From NCBI GenBank assembly GCA_964016885.1, contig OZ024745.1, positions 19,654,001-19,718,000 on the forward strand: a stretch of 64,000 nucleotides of DNA, given 5' to 3'. The DNA comes from Eledone cirrhosa (taxonomy: Eukaryota). Of the stretch, positions 1 to 12,675 are shown in pieces. The position numbers and the translations under genes were made by a program. Under the pieces are notes generated by a model, which did no database searches, had not been told where the DNA came from, and worked only from the letters and a program-made list of their open reading frames with translations. Positions within the stretch are counted from its first letter, which is position 1; the number at the start of each line of letters is the position of its first letter.

Positions 1-270
1 CTGTGTGCTGTGTCTAAAAAATGGTTGGGGTAGAGGGGTTGTCTGCTGATGTTAAGTGGTCTCCTGTGTTTGTTATATTCCTTGTTGTTGTAAAATGTGG
101 TTCGGGTTGGTGGTTGTAGATTGAATGGGGTGTTCCTGTACTGCGAGTATGGGTGTGTGTTTCTATGTGCCATGTTGTATTGTGGTGTTATAGGTGGCCT
201 ACGTTGTTGGTTGTATCGTGTGGTGTGGGTTTGTTGAGTATTGTGGAAGCGAGAGTTAAGAAAATGGAAA

Positions 271-319
<49 letters not shown>

Positions 320-320
<1 letters not shown>

Positions 321-570
321 ACACGTGTAGGTGTCATGGAAAAAGCACCCAGTCCACATTGTAAAGTGGTCGTGTAGGCATCTTGATAAAAAGCACCCTG
401 TACTCACTCTAAATGAGGTTGGCGCTAGGAAGGGCATCCAGCTGTAGAAACCAAGCCAAATCGGTTCTCTATGAGCATGACATGTCCACCTGACCTAGTA
501 TTGCTCACAACAGGATAACTCACCTAACCCATGCCAGCGTGGGAAAATGGACAATAAACATTGATGATGA
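320..570 (+). mobile_element. SINE/RTE 3' tail fragment
   Basis: ggttggcgctaggaagggcatccagctgtagaaac...acccatgccagcgtgggaaaatggac + (GAT)n tail; matches the 3' UTR of the RTEs at 55963 and 62316. Confidence 0.8.
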
Positions 571-812
571 TATATATCGACATCAGAGTTATATTTGACA
601 TTTCCAAGAGTTGAACAGGATGTTTTGAGGGAAATGTTTTACAGTTGGATGCTCTTCCTGATATCAACCTTTTAAGTAGTTTCTTACGACACTTAAGGAT
701 ATGACAAACCCATTTTATACAGGATAACACTGCCTTGCTTCTTACAATACACAGGGATATGGTGTACCTATTCTAAACCAGTAAACCGGATACACATTAT
801 ATAGATATATAT

Positions 813-1040
813 TTATATATACTGGGTGAAGAAGTGTACCAGGGAATACCAGGGGAAGGAAGCGTCAATAGACGAAGAAAGACTGGGCAGAGGTGGTGAG
901 AGCTGGCCTCAAATCACTAAGTCTCACAGAGGAGATGACGAAGGAACACAGTGAAGAGATACTGTGTTGAGGACCAGTCCAACCTATGCAAGTGTGGAAA
1001 AATGGATGCAAAAACGATGATGATGATGATGATGATGATA
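813..1040 (+). mobile_element. RTE LINE 3' end fragment
   Basis: Degenerate C-terminal coding (G-R-x-x-K-K-T-W-A-E-V-V-R) followed by catgcaagtgtggaaaaatgga-like tail and (GAT)n. Confidence 0.65.
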
Positions 1041-1142
1041 TATATATATCATCATTTAACATCCACTTTCCCTACTACCATATATATAAATATATATATA
1101 ATAGTTTAGATAAGTTGAAACACAACTATATTATTTATCGTG

Positions 1143-1226
1143 TTTAATAGATTCTGAGGAAATCAGTACAGAGGAAAAAATGGAATTTCTTACTGTATTG
1201 ATTGAAACATTCGTAAATCAATTAAA
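1143..1226 (+). ncRNA. Type I hammerhead ribozyme, family A
   Basis: Stem I tttaatagatt/aatcaattaaa; CTGAGGA 1154-1160; stem II aatcagtacag/ctgtattgatt; GAAA 1204-1207; minimal stem III C-attc-G; GTA cleavage triplet ending 1215. Confidence 0.8.
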
Positions 1227-1284
1227 TAATTTAATATAATTTAATCTTGATTATTTTTATTCATTACATATATATATATATATC

Positions 1285-1525
1285 TTCTTTCACTTATTCT
1301 TGAGTGAGTCATGGAGGCAGAGTCCTCAAACACTCCTTCCAGCAGGTCCTAATAGAAGAAACTGTCTCCAACAGATCTGGCTGGAACCTCAAGCGAGACC
1401 AGCCAAGCTCATGGATGTTATCCAACCATCTTGCTCACGGTCTATCCCTGGGTTTCCTGCCAGTTGATTTTGCCCGTAGAATCTGTCCAGCGATTTTTTT
1501 TCTGAAACATGCTCATATCACGGAG
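1285..1525 (-). mobile_element. RTE-like LINE 3' end with (GAA)n tail
   Basis: Minus strand reads ILRAKSTGRKPRDRP*ARWLDNIHELGWSRL; related pieces at about 8355-8460, 23890-23970 and 24285-24390. Confidence 0.6.
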
Positions 1526-1538
1526 CTGTGATCTCTCA

Positions 1539-1581
<43 letters not shown>

Positions 1582-1813
1582 TTGCTGTTGTTTACACAAA
1601 AAGCTATTTGACAACAATAGCAGCAAAGAGAATGACAATGCTCAATATGGTACACACACACAGACATACACACATCCGCCACTCAGTTTGACGACATTTA
1701 AACATTTGTGTGAGGTCACTACACATAAATCCTGTTTGAATCGGTACTGAACTTATTATGAATATCATAACTTCCGTTTCTGTTGCCACTAAAAGGCATG
1801 TCTTCTATTACAG

Positions 1814-1867
1814 TCGTGGAGGCACTGTAGAGGATGACTTGCTCAAACTTTCATTAATCAACTCTCA
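1814..1867 (+). CDS. Candidate host-gene exon (RGGTVEDDLLKLSLINS)
   Basis: Acceptor tcttctattacAG, donor GTAAGG; only one open frame, phase 2-2. Confidence 0.35.
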
Positions 1868-1968
1868 GTAAGGAGCTGTTACCAGGAGCAATAGAAAACC
1901 ATGAATTGTAGAGACTTTGTCAGAAATGTTCGACTGTGGTCACATTGATAATGATAGTATAACTTTAA

Positions 1969-2169
1969 CCCTTTAGCATTTAAACCGGCCAGAATTCTCT
2001 CACCTCTTTCTGTTCAAACCGGCCACTCATACTTATATTAAGGTATTGTTCTCAAAATAAATAATATAAAAATCTCATAGATTCGGTATTATGTGAGATA
2101 ATTATGTAAGATAAAAACTTTACCATGAAAATACAATAGTAAATATAGAGTAATGTGAATGCTAAAGGG
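1969..2169. mobile_element. piggyBac-type MITE
   Basis: TTAA|CCCTTTAGCATT...AATGCTAAAGGG|TTAG; copies at 52559 and 54259. Confidence 0.8.
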
Positions 2170-2579
2170 TTAGAAGAATTATTTCAATACCGGACAGACA
2201 TATCGGTATTAGGGATTCAAAGAATCATTATTTCAAAACTGGACACACCAATACCCTATGTATCTTGAAAGGAGAGTGAAATGATTCATAGAAACATTAT
2301 TTCAAATCTGGACATAGCATTATCTAATGTTCCTTTGAAAATAAAATGAAGTGGTTGAGTTCCTGGCTTGACCGACAGTACCTGAAATAGGCTCATATCC
2401 ATGGCTAAGTCCCTTCCCTCCCTGACTTGGAAATGCTAGGTTAGTTTTCAGTCTGTGTTGAGAAGGAAGGAGGGATGGAGTGTGTGACTAGGAACTTTAC
2501 CTCCATTAATCAAATTTGCTCCCAAAACAGAAGTCCCCCAAACTCCAATGGGAGGAAGAGGGAGAGGAGAAACACTGTT

Positions 2580-3000
2580 AGCCATCACCATAATCACACC
2601 ATTACTAACACCACCAACATCATGCCACAGGGGGGAGGGGGCACCACAATCACAGCAACATTACCACTACAAACATCATCACTACTACCGTTACCCCCAC
2701 TGTCACCACCACCACAATCATCACCAATACCAACACCATCAACACAACCACAACCATCACCAATACCAACACCATCAACACAACCACAACCATCACCTCC
2801 ACTGTCATGTCATCACCACTACAATCAAACCACCACCACCATCATCATCACAACCACCACTAGTACCAGAATCACCACCACCACCACTACTATACCAAAA
2901 TCACCACCACAGCAACATCAGCAACATCATCACCACTGCCACGACCAGAATCACTACAACCACCACCACCACCACCATTACATCAAGCTCACCAAACACC
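2580..3000. repeat. Degenerate (CAC/CAT/CAA)n low-complexity tract
   Basis: Trinucleotide-rich; produces the poly-T/H/P ORFs. Confidence 0.8.
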
Positions 3001-3330
3001 AAATAGGCTGTATAACAAAGTGTTTGAGTAGTGGTTGTCAACAGAGAAAGAGAGAAATAGCAGAATCTAATGCTGACCTATTTGAGTGGGAAGAAGGTGG
3101 CCTGGTTTATATTTTGGCTATTTTTAACTTCATTTAGAACAAACAACATAAAAGAAAGAAAGAAGTACAATGATGTAAATGTAGGTGGGGGGGGCTGTTT
3201 CTTTGGCTCAGCTGTTGTTATCCAACCCACATTGGTATTCATATCATGCATACACACACACAACCAAAGAAAGTGTGCGGATTATGTGTGTGTGCGTATA
3301 TATATATATATATATGGGGGGGGGGGGGGG

Positions 3331-3520
3331 CAACAGCTGAGCTCTTGCCGTTTCAACAGCTAGTTCCAGACTCAGTCTGGAACTAGCTGTTGAAATGGCA
3401 AGAGCTCAGATGTTGGCGACCCGACTCTTTATATTATAACCATACTCTACTACCCCAAATATTGAGTACTCTGTTGATTAATGGTCTAACCAGTTTCAAA
3501 CTGAATCAATCCTGATTTAT
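3331..3520 (+). mobile_element. Penelope-like insert with fold-back palindrome and HHR 3' half (family F)
   Basis: Palindrome 3331-3415 centred near 3372; GAAA-CGGC-loop-GCTG-TT stem III; downstream sequence homologous to the reverse complement of 36370-36440. Confidence 0.6.
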
Positions 3521-4344
3521 ATGAGTGTGTGTGTGTGAATTTATATATATATATATAGTATGTAATGTGAAACTTTCCCAAAGAGACTTCTGCATGAGGA
3601 ACAAGTAGCTAAGTGTGGAATAACATACTGAATGTAATAATTAAAATTACACTTGTAATGAAAAGAAAAAGACATAACTAATAACTAATAGGTGTTTTGC
3701 CCAACTTTCATGCTGTCGTTGATGGCATCTGGCTGTTTTGGCAGCAGTTCTTGTGTTGAGCTTTTGGGGTTATTTCTATGAATTTCAAGTGCGCTTACAC
3801 TCCATCTCGATTTTCATGACTACAGTGTTTGTTTATAACTAATAATGTCAATTCTTGTCAGGAAAGGAAAGACAGACAACTCTGAAAGTCAAATTGATTA
3901 AAACCTGAAGGATGGAGGGGGGGGGGGCATGTAGTGGAAGAAGCAAGTCTGGTCTTTGGTAAGGTAACAACTCTTGACATGCTTCAAAGAAGCATGGTCA
4001 AACTTGTACTTAATTATGTCTAATCAGTGAGAAGTTTTCATTTGAAATCTTTGTCCTTACACTCATTGTAGGATACGTTGAATGTAAGACATCATCATTT
4101 AATGTCCATTTTCCCTGCAGCATGGGTTAGACATGTCTTCACAGACTGTCAGAACTCAAGTGAAGATACTGACCTCTCAGATGGGTTGGGAGCCTACATC
4201 TCACATTTCCATCATTTACTGAGTGCATTTTATAATGGTGCTAGCCCTCCTGAACCTTTATTTAGCAGCTACTCGGCGGCTGGATGCCCCTCCTATTAAA
4301 CATTTATAATATATTGACACAATAAGAAGGTTTAATTCTTTCAG

Positions 4345-4375
4345 ATTACACCTGCAGAGTTTCCTTGCAAGTCAA
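4345..4375 (+). CDS. Candidate micro-exon
   Basis: Acceptor tttaattctttcAG, donor GTAAGG; all three frames open, so product unresolved. Confidence 0.3.
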
Positions 4376-5072
4376 GTAAGGCATTATCTACCAATGTCCT
4401 ATGTATTAAATACCAATGCATATGTAGTCTATACTTCAATAGAAACTTTGCTGGGTGTCAGCGAATTTTCGTTGAGAAACCTGCAGTATTCAGGATTGAA
4501 GAGAGATGGGCTCCGTCAGACTTAAAATAACCCAGAAACACCGTATTTCAATACCGCGCACCTACGATTCCACTAAATATATAAACACACACTAGTGAGC
4601 AGCTGCGTGGTAGAGGTAGCCACATGGTTTCAAAGCAAGCTATATATATATATGACTCCATTCAAATAGACATAGACGATAAGCATGGCTATACAATTTA
4701 GAAAAAAGATATGGACAGGCCTTTAAAATGCCGAAGTACAAAGAAAACGAACACATTTATTTTGAACTAAATACATTTGGTTAAATAGTGCGGAAATGTA
4801 GAAACTTCTTGTGTTTAGTTTCGCTCCTCTGCGTCCTGACTTCGACACCACTATTCATACCCCATGGTGTCGATTAAAAGAAGTAGCAGTCATTTACTGT
4901 GATAGATACGATCGAATCTACAGATGTATCAATTAATATAATCAATATGTAATTATATATTAACTACACACAAACACACCCAGGGTTAGACTTTCACCTG
5001 CTGAGGCCATTCTCAAAAAAAAAAAAAATTTATTATTTTTTTTATATTAATGTTAATGATAAAGAATAAGTA

Positions 5073-5148
5073 CAGGGTGTCCCCCCAAAATGTATACACA
5101 CTTTGATTAAAATATTGTTAAAGTGTGTATACATTTTTGGCGACCCCT
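5073..5148. mobile_element. Tc1/mariner MITE
   Basis: TA|CAGGGTGTCC..aaaatgtatacacactt/aagtgtgtatacattttt..GACCCCTG|TA; relatives at about 36570-36660 and 51056-51135. Confidence 0.75.
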
Positions 5149-5288
5149 GTATATATAATTTTTGGTGATTTAGTGTTAAAGAATAAACACTAATGATATA
5201 TATATATATATATCCGGAAGCTTCCAACAGAAATGGTCGCATTCTTTAAGGGTATGTCAATATTTATTTATAAAACTGATCTATATTA

Positions 5289-5351
5289 TATTTTATCTGA
5301 TGAAAGCACACCATAATTTAACTTGGTGTCCTTGAAATGTATAATGAAATA
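5289..5351 (+). ncRNA. Hammerhead ribozyme, family B (2-nt shorter stem III)
   Basis: tattttat-CTGATGA(5297-5303)-aagcacacca/tggtgtcctt-GAAA(5334-5337)-tgtATA-atgaaata. Confidence 0.65.
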
Positions 5352-5396
5352 AATATGGTTTTATAAATATAGTTTCCATTAATATATATATATATA

Positions 5397-5752
5397 GGCA
5401 TCTCTAACAAAATACACCCCCGTCCCACCCACCCCACCCCATCCACACCGCCCCTTTCAATGTAAAGTTATGTTGGTGCCACAACATTCAGGCCGAAACA
5501 AATGAGATCGTGTAGGTGTCACGTCAAAAAACACACAGTTCACGCTGTAATGTGACCGTGTAGGCAACACGGTAAAAACCTCCCAGCCCCACACTGTAAA
5601 TGTGGTTGGTGTTAGGAAGGGCATCCAGCTGTAGAAAACCCGCCAGATAGTCCTATGCGAGCAAGATAATCACTCTTGCCTCAAGTGTGAAAACCCCCGT
5701 CCAAACCCATGCAAGCGTGGAACACGGACGTTAAACGTTGATGATGATGATA
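5397..5752 (+). mobile_element. 5'-truncated RTE 3' UTR
   Basis: Near-identical reverse complement of 62316-62686; (GAT)n tail. Confidence 0.9.
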
Positions 5753-5880
5753 TGCAAAAGTTCTATTTAAATTGTTGGGATACAAGCAAATATTATTATA
5801 ACTGATATAAAGCACTCAACAAATATTTGGAGTAGATATACAATATTAATAAATGGAAACTATATTTATAAAACCATATT

Positions 5881-5945
5881 TATTTCATTATATATATTTC
5901 AAGAATACCAAGTTAAATCATGGTATGCCTTCATCAGACAAAATA
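5881..5945 (-). ncRNA. Hammerhead ribozyme, family B
   Basis: Reverse complement: tattttgt-CTGATGA-aggcatacca/tggtattctt-GAAA-T-atat-A-TA-atgaaata. Confidence 0.75.
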
Positions 5946-6194
5946 CAATATATAACAGTTTTACAAATAGATATTGACGTACCCTTTCAAAAAGGTGACC
6001 GTTGCTTTCTTCTTTTTCTCTATCTATCTTTCCCTTTCTTTTCTCCACGTTTTTCTCTCTCTCCATCTTTTTACTTACTCTTAACACTATGACTTACTAA
6101 AGTAAACAAACCACTATCCGGATGGCCTCCAAAAGCAACTGTCACCTTTTTGAAAGGGTACGTCAATATCTATTTGTAAAAGTGTTATATATTG

Positions 6195-6241
6195 TATTTT
6201 GTCTGATGAAGGCATACCATGATTTAACTTGGTATCCTTGA

Positions 6242-6251
<10 letters not shown>
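6195..6251 (+). ncRNA. Hammerhead ribozyme, family B (3' strand of stem I replaced by (TA)n)
   Basis: CTGATGA 6203-6209, stem II, GAAA 6240-6243, TATATATA running into microsatellite; inverted partner of 5881-6008. Confidence 0.6.
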
Positions 6252-6332
<81 letters not shown>

Positions 6333-7765
6333 AGAGAGAGAGAGAGAGAGAGAGATGAAATCGAAAATGCAACTGGAGTCTTATTTTAAAAAAAATATAT
6401 ATATTTATTTGGTTCTTTTATTTTAAAAATAAGACTCCAGTTGCATTTTCGATTTCATCTTTTTTCTTTATACTTTCACTCGTGTAGGACACCGGTTATT
6501 TTTCATTTTGTAAAAAAAAACCTCACTTTCTATATATATATATAAAGTGAGGCCTCTGAGGGTGTGTGACCCAAAGCTAAAGCTTATATACACATTCTAG
6601 GCAAAAAAAACCCACATCGATACAAAGTCCCCCATTTGTGTGTGGAGGGCCGATTCTGACAATCTGATAAATAAGAAAAATAGATTTTTTCTTTCTTTTT
6701 TTTTTTTTACTAACAAGGTTACATTTATAGCACAAAGAGAATAAGTTATAAAGTTTATTATTTCCCAACCGCCGAGGTTAACTTTGCCTTTCATCCTTAC
6801 GGGGTCGATAAAATAAAGTATAAATACACTGAATAATTGCTGGCCTTGTACCAAAAAATAGAAACAATTATTTCCCAAGCGGTGTAAAGGTGGTCATTGT
6901 TATTGAGTAGCAGGTGTCCCATCCCCGGGGATCGAACAGGACGATGATCAAAGGAATTTCACTTCTAGCCATCTCAAAATGTTTGTATTGTAGGAAATCC
7001 AAGACCGTATTATATTTTTTTCTAAGATGTAGAAATGTAATTAAAGGAAGATTTGGCTGGTGTTTCTAGCAAATTAAGTGACCACGCAGGAGCTGTCTAA
7101 GATAATAAAGGGAGAGTATAAGCTATATGATTTCACACAAACTTTATAAACCATGACAATAATATGGTGGTAGTTAGTGATATGATACTGCCCTTGATGG
7201 TAGTGGTGGTGGTGGTATGATACTGCCCTTGATGGTAGAAGTAGTAGTGGTGGCGGTATTTGTAAAAGTAGCAATAGTAGTGATGGTTGTGATTGTGGTG
7301 GAATCGTGCTGGTCGTGGTAGTAGTGAGAGTAGTGGTGGTAGTATTTGTAAAGGTAGCAATAACTGTTGTGGTAATAGTGGTGGTGGTAGTGGCAACAGC
7401 GACTGACTGACTGGATTAAGGGACAGTCTTCAAAGCACGATGTTTGATAGTTTCCTGATGGTAAGGGTAGAAGTGGACGGTGTATTGATAACAAACAATG
7501 GAAATCACTCACATATGTGTGTGCGAGGTACACGTGTGAGCATACTTCACATAAACATGCAGCCTCGCACACACTTACATAGCTATGTAAACACGTGTGT
7601 ACATTTACATATCAATCAAGCCGAATAATACGTGACTGCCGGTTTAAAACCGTTCTATTTCACAAATATCCATAATGCCCAGGAGAAAAGCATGAATGTT
7701 ACGGTTCCTCAACCCTTTCCTTACCATATTTCTAATGAAAAATATACTGCCTATGGTTTTTAGTG

Positions 7766-7920
7766 GAGGTGTGTGGCCTAGTGGTTAGAGAGTTGGATTC
7801 GCAATCGCGAGGTTGCGAGTTCGATTTGCGAACCGGGCGATGCGTTATGTTCTTGAGCAAAACACTTTATTTTATGCTACTCTTTCTGCCAGGAGTTGCG
7901 ACCGGTAGATAGTATCAGCA
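7766..7920 (+). mobile_element. tRNA-derived SINE
   Basis: A box tggcctagtgg, B box agttcgatt, then ttgagcaaaacactttat body. Confidence 0.75.
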
Positions 7921-8603
7921 AGGTTAGCAAATTAAATCTGGGATCATGTCAATCGTATATATAAAAAAAAAAAAAAATTAATTTTAAGAATAAAAAATTT
8001 AGAGCAATTTAAGTAATAAACAACTTTAGCATTAAGTTGGTATTTAGAAGGACAAAACTAAGAAAATTCCCCCCGCCCAGAATTATATTTAATCATGGAC
8101 ACTTTAAAACGTATTTTCAGCATAGAACCAAAGGTGGGTTGGTATGAAGAGAGCTAATTCTCGTTTTCCTCACTAAGCTTTTGAATAAACTTCAAAAATG
8201 AAAAATAAATATATATCATGAAAAATAAATATATATCAAGCTGCCTTTGTGCAGTTTAAGTGTTACTAACGTTTAAAACTGCACAATAGGTTTATAAATA
8301 CTGAGTATCTATAATAGCATTGCATTAAATATACCCCAGTATTAAATTTCTTCTTCGTCCACTTATTTCTGAAAGGGTCGTGGTAGCAGTCATCACTCTT
8401 TTGAGCGGGTCCTGTCAGAAGCAACCGTCTCCAATTCGGCTGGATCCCCAAGTAAGACCAGCTGAGCTTAAGGATGTTAGCGTATTAAATTTTGTCTCTC
8501 TCAATTAGAATGGTCAACTTTATTTAATTTTAATTTACCAAAAGTCGACAAAATAAATAAGTACCAGTAATATACTGTCTGAGTCGATTCACTATACGTA
8601 TAT

Positions 8604-8783
8604 ACGAGGATGGGCTGAACAGTCCATAGGCTGATTACAAAGGAGTGATGTTAGTGTGGTGAAATCTTGCATGCACTAATTTCAACTCTTATTAATAGCT
8701 ACATTGTTTCTTTCCAAGAACTATGTTAAAAAATAACCCTCATTTGGTCATTCCATGAGAGTATCTTGGTCAGCTGACCCTCG
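8604..8783. mobile_element. mariner-derived MITE
   Basis: TA|CGAGG...CCTCG|TA; contains ctatgttaaaaaataa, a DYVEK* transposase C-terminal relic. Confidence 0.75.
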
Positions 8784-10055
8784 TATTGGCAAAAAGAACA
8801 ACTGTCTTAATCTATATAAACACGCACTATGTCTCCATTATCATATACAAGCCTTGTCGTGTGTCTATGTTTCTCAGCGTGATGAGTTTATGTAAAGTGT
8901 GATAAGAACGAAAGTCAGGAGAGGGAGAGAGAGACGATTGCAGGACATCGATCTAAAAGCTGGGTATCTCTTTTGACTCCACAAGAACACTTAAAACATG
9001 CTACTTGTCAAATTTGCTGCACTGCCATTTCTTCCGGCCGCATGAGCTGTTTTTGTTTAAAGTGAAGTGTTTAAACTGCTTCCACTATAGGCGGCGAATT
9101 GACAGATTTGTTAGAACATCAGATAAGAGTACTTTCTGGTGTCCGTTTCGGCGCTTTCCTCCATGAGTTCAAATCTCGCCTTTCATCCATTCGAGGTTGA
9201 TTAAAAAAAAAAAAAGGTACCAGTCTAGTACTGGAGTCGATTCTTCCTCTATATCATTTTCACTTCCAATCCCTCATCTTCTTCAGACCTGTGGAAGAGA
9301 GGAGATGAGCTCGGGCAGGCAAGTTTAAAATACCCTAGAAACACTGTATGTCGATACGGTGTCCCTATAACTCCAACTGGAATTACGGGACATATAAACT
9401 AATTCAATATTTTCCAGTGAGAGATGCACAGTTCGATTTTCTTTAGTGCAGAGTTTATAAGTATGGTGTGTGTGTGTGTGTGTGCGTGTGTTTACATTAA
9501 AAACAATGTGATAACACGAGTACTGGTATCATTTCACCGATGCGCCAAACGAAGTGCCCTGCGATCTAGTTCCACTGAGTTCTCATATTTTTATTATCTA
9601 TGTAATCTATCTTAATGCTTCATGTTCAATTGCTTAGTGAATGAACAATGTATAGGTGTGGAGAGAGAGTTTTGCATATAAAGAATGTTTATACACACAC
9701 TCACGCGATATATATTCATATAACTACATAAATATGTATTTTTGTAAACACGAGTCAATACAAAATGTATAGCCTGTTGTCAAACGACGGGTTGGTGAAG
9801 AAGCCGATGAGCAATGTCTATATCCGGTTACGATTTCCGACTACAGCCAATTCAACGACCCAATAAGAACTCTGAAAGCTTTGTTTTCCATATTTAGATA
9901 TCAATATCTACATTTGTCACTGTCTCTTTTCTGCTTTCTTTTTGCTTACTGTTGTCGCTAACTTCTCATTTTTTTCATATCTGCTAAACACTAACTCACT
10001 TTATTTCTCAGTCCTAATCTATCTTTCTCTCCATATATGTACGCTTAATTAGGAC

Positions 10056-10500
10056 CAGTGCAGGACTTATAAGCTATAGCTTACGGCAGCATTTCTCAAC
10101 CTTTTTACCCTTGTGGAACCCTTGAAATAGTTTTCATGTCTCAGGGAACCCCTGCATAAAAAGTATTATATACCAATCTAATTGCATTAGCCTATTTATC
10201 ACTGTTTCTCGCGGGACTCTTAGCGACCGCGTGCAGAAGCCTAGGGTTCTGGGTAACACCGGCTGACAAACGCTGGTTTAGAGCTACACACACAAGGGGC
10301 TTCATTTAAAAAAAATATATATATTATTTTTCTATGCGGAAAATGGAAATAAAAGAAGAATTAATTAGTTAAAAGGAACATTTTATAACTAATTTAATTT
10401 TGTAATCATTAATAAATGATAATCATGTATTTTATATATTTTACTTGAATTTTTGTAGAAAAGGGTCCCACAATTCATGTAGCTTATGGCCTCGCCCCTG
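10056..10500. mobile_element. hAT-type MITE with nested Charlie-like MITE (10087-10275)
   Basis: CAGTGC...CCCCTG ends with flanks attaggac/gtgaggac; inner CAGCATTTCTCAAC...GACAAACGCTG. Confidence 0.6.
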
Positions 10501-10684
10501 GTGAGGACTAATGTGTACGATAGTTGGGTAGTACGTGCAAAATCAAACAAGCCAGACGAGAAGCCATCTATTGGGCAAATGGCACAGCACATTTATTTAT
10601 ACGCTGAATCCTTTAGTTTCGTGCAACGCATGAAGAAACTGTTTAATGATAGATCAGAACTTCCCTTACAGTTTTGGGATTGGG

Positions 10685-11330
10685 TAAGCGTCGGACATGC
10701 TTTGCGGCACAGAGTTACGACCTTTACGATCTGAGTTTAAATCCTGTCGAGGTTAGCTTTGCCTTTCACCCTTACAGGGTCGAGAAAATAAAGTACCAGT
10801 TACGGACTTGGATCGATTTAATCGACTTTCCCCTCTCCCCAAATGGCTGGCCTTGTGCCTAAATCAAAAACCATTATTATTATCAGTATCGGTAGAGAGT
10901 CGGACAATATGCTTTGCGGCATAGAGTTACAGCCCTTTACCTTCTGAGTTCAAATCCCGCCGATGTTAGCTTGTCTGGCCTTGTGCCTAAATCAGAAACC
11001 ATTATAATTATTATTAGTTCACTGTTTTATCACCAATACGAGACTTGGGTGGTTACAGTATAGCTCGCTTTCTATTGTGTATATTTGGACACGTTACTTA
11101 TCTGAAAAGTTACAAAACCTTTTATTCACAGTTGTATACAAATATAATATAATTGTTTCTACTTTTGGCACAAGGCTAGCAATTATCACAGTGTATTACT
11201 GGTACTTTATCGACCGCGTAAGGATGAAAGGCAAAGTTAACCTCGGCAGGATTTGAACTCAGACCATAACGGGCCGTAACTCTTTGCTGCAAAGCATGGC
11301 GTCCGACCCTCTACCGGTACTGCCAATCCA
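10685..11330. mobile_element. Cluster of SINE family 2 copies
   Basis: gagttcaaatcccgccgaggttaactttgcctttcatcc...gtcgataaaataaagtaccagt...gaaaccattatt; + copies 10685-11015, - copy 11150-11330; others at 6768, 9090, 25153, 53925, 59376. Confidence 0.8.
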
Positions 11331-11815
11331 CAATGATATATACAAATATAAACGCATAAAAGGAAAACAGGGGGTGGGGGGGGGGGCAATTCGTCAAAGT
11401 GCGACTAACAAAACTTTAAGAGATCATTGAACAAGTTTCTACATTATTGGAGAGGCTTATATACAACTAAAATGTGAGTGTCCCCCCACCCCCACCTTAC
11501 CCATCATAAAAGGTACATACTTGGGGTGTAAAAATAAAAAATATCTGCAGTTTGCGTGTTCAAATTTCGTGTGTGGATTGTTCAACCAATCACGAACTGC
11601 GTGATAAAGTAATTGACCAATCACAGTAACCGTACTGTGATTGCTGATGGCCTTGCCGACCAACAATAACAAAATATGGGCTATTGCGATTGGTCAATTT
11701 ACTTTATCATGCTATTCATGATTGATTGAATATTCATCTGCTCTGGCTTGGCTCACATCAGGACAATTCGTCTGACACATGCTAGCATGGAAAAATGGAC
11801 TTTAAACGGTGATGA

Positions 11816-11854
<39 letters not shown>

Positions 11855-11863
<9 letters not shown>

Positions 11864-12340
11864 TTCCCCCTCTTTATCGAGCGACAGTAGCTATAACTCG
11901 AAAAGAAGAAAAAATGAATATCATCAGTAACTACTGAGCCACAGGTTTTATATTGGAGTTATCCCAGTTTCCTGAGTTACCTTCTCCTAGAAGAATGCTA
12001 AGGCTAGGAGTCCTTCACTCTCAGTGGTTTAACCGCGCAATCGGGTATCCAGCCCGATTATTTCTATGTTGTCCCCGCACATATACATACATATGCATAC
12101 ACATATATACATACATACATATATACACATGTACATACATATTTACACATTTTAGATGGCTGTTGACTCATGAGTTCTTCCGCCCTTTTGTCAGGTTGTT
12201 TTTTGTCCTTCAGGTGCCCAAAATCACCCTCCTCACCAAGTAAACTTGGTGGGGTTGCCGGTTTAATCGCCGACGACTCGACTATGTGACAGGTTGTACT
12301 GGGTTACATGTTACCAGTAGCACTCAAGAGTGATCTGACA
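11855..12340 (-). mobile_element. Non-autonomous RTE-derived element (5' UTR type)
   Basis: Reverse complement of 46890-47370. Confidence 0.7.
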
Positions 12341-12675
12341 TCATCATCATCATTTTACGTCCGCTTTTCCCTGCTTGCAAGGGTGGAACGGGAACTGATT
12401 CTGGCTTGACTTCTACAGCTGGATGCCCTTCCTAACACCAACCTCATTTACAGTGAGTGCTGGGTGCTTTTTTGCCGTGGCGCCTACACGACCACTTTGC
12501 AGTGGAATGATATGGACCCCAGTCCCTATCATCTAATTTCTACAGCTGAGTAAACTGGAGCAATGTGAAATAAAGTGTCTTGCTCAAGGAAACAACACAT
12601 CACCTGGTCTGAGAATTGAACTCACAACCTTTCGATTGCAAGGCCAATGCTCTAACCACTAAGCCATGTGCCTCC

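Larger units (their letters stand above)
4981..6590. mobile_element. hAT-type MITE split by nested insertions
   Basis: 4981-5198 and 6545-6590 match the contiguous element at 21633-22155 (gatttagtgttaaagaataaa ... gaggcc...gtgtgtg). Confidence 0.6.

Noticed and set aside
1-270. Minus-strand open frame rich in N/T/Q/P, possible Penelope ORF start
   Set aside because: No recognisable motif, stop near the window edge, compositionally biased
2475-3137. 220-aa Pro/Thr/His-rich ORF
   Set aside because: Trinucleotide low-complexity tract; only 3044-3096 is a weak exon candidate with a poor donor
5853-6092. Recurrent METIFIKPYLF ORFs (also 28699 and 62026)
   Set aside because: Antisense reading of the family B ribozyme insert; diverge after the repeat
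7766-7840. tRNA gene (also 50085 and 61455)
   Set aside because: No acceptor stem closure; continues into SINE body
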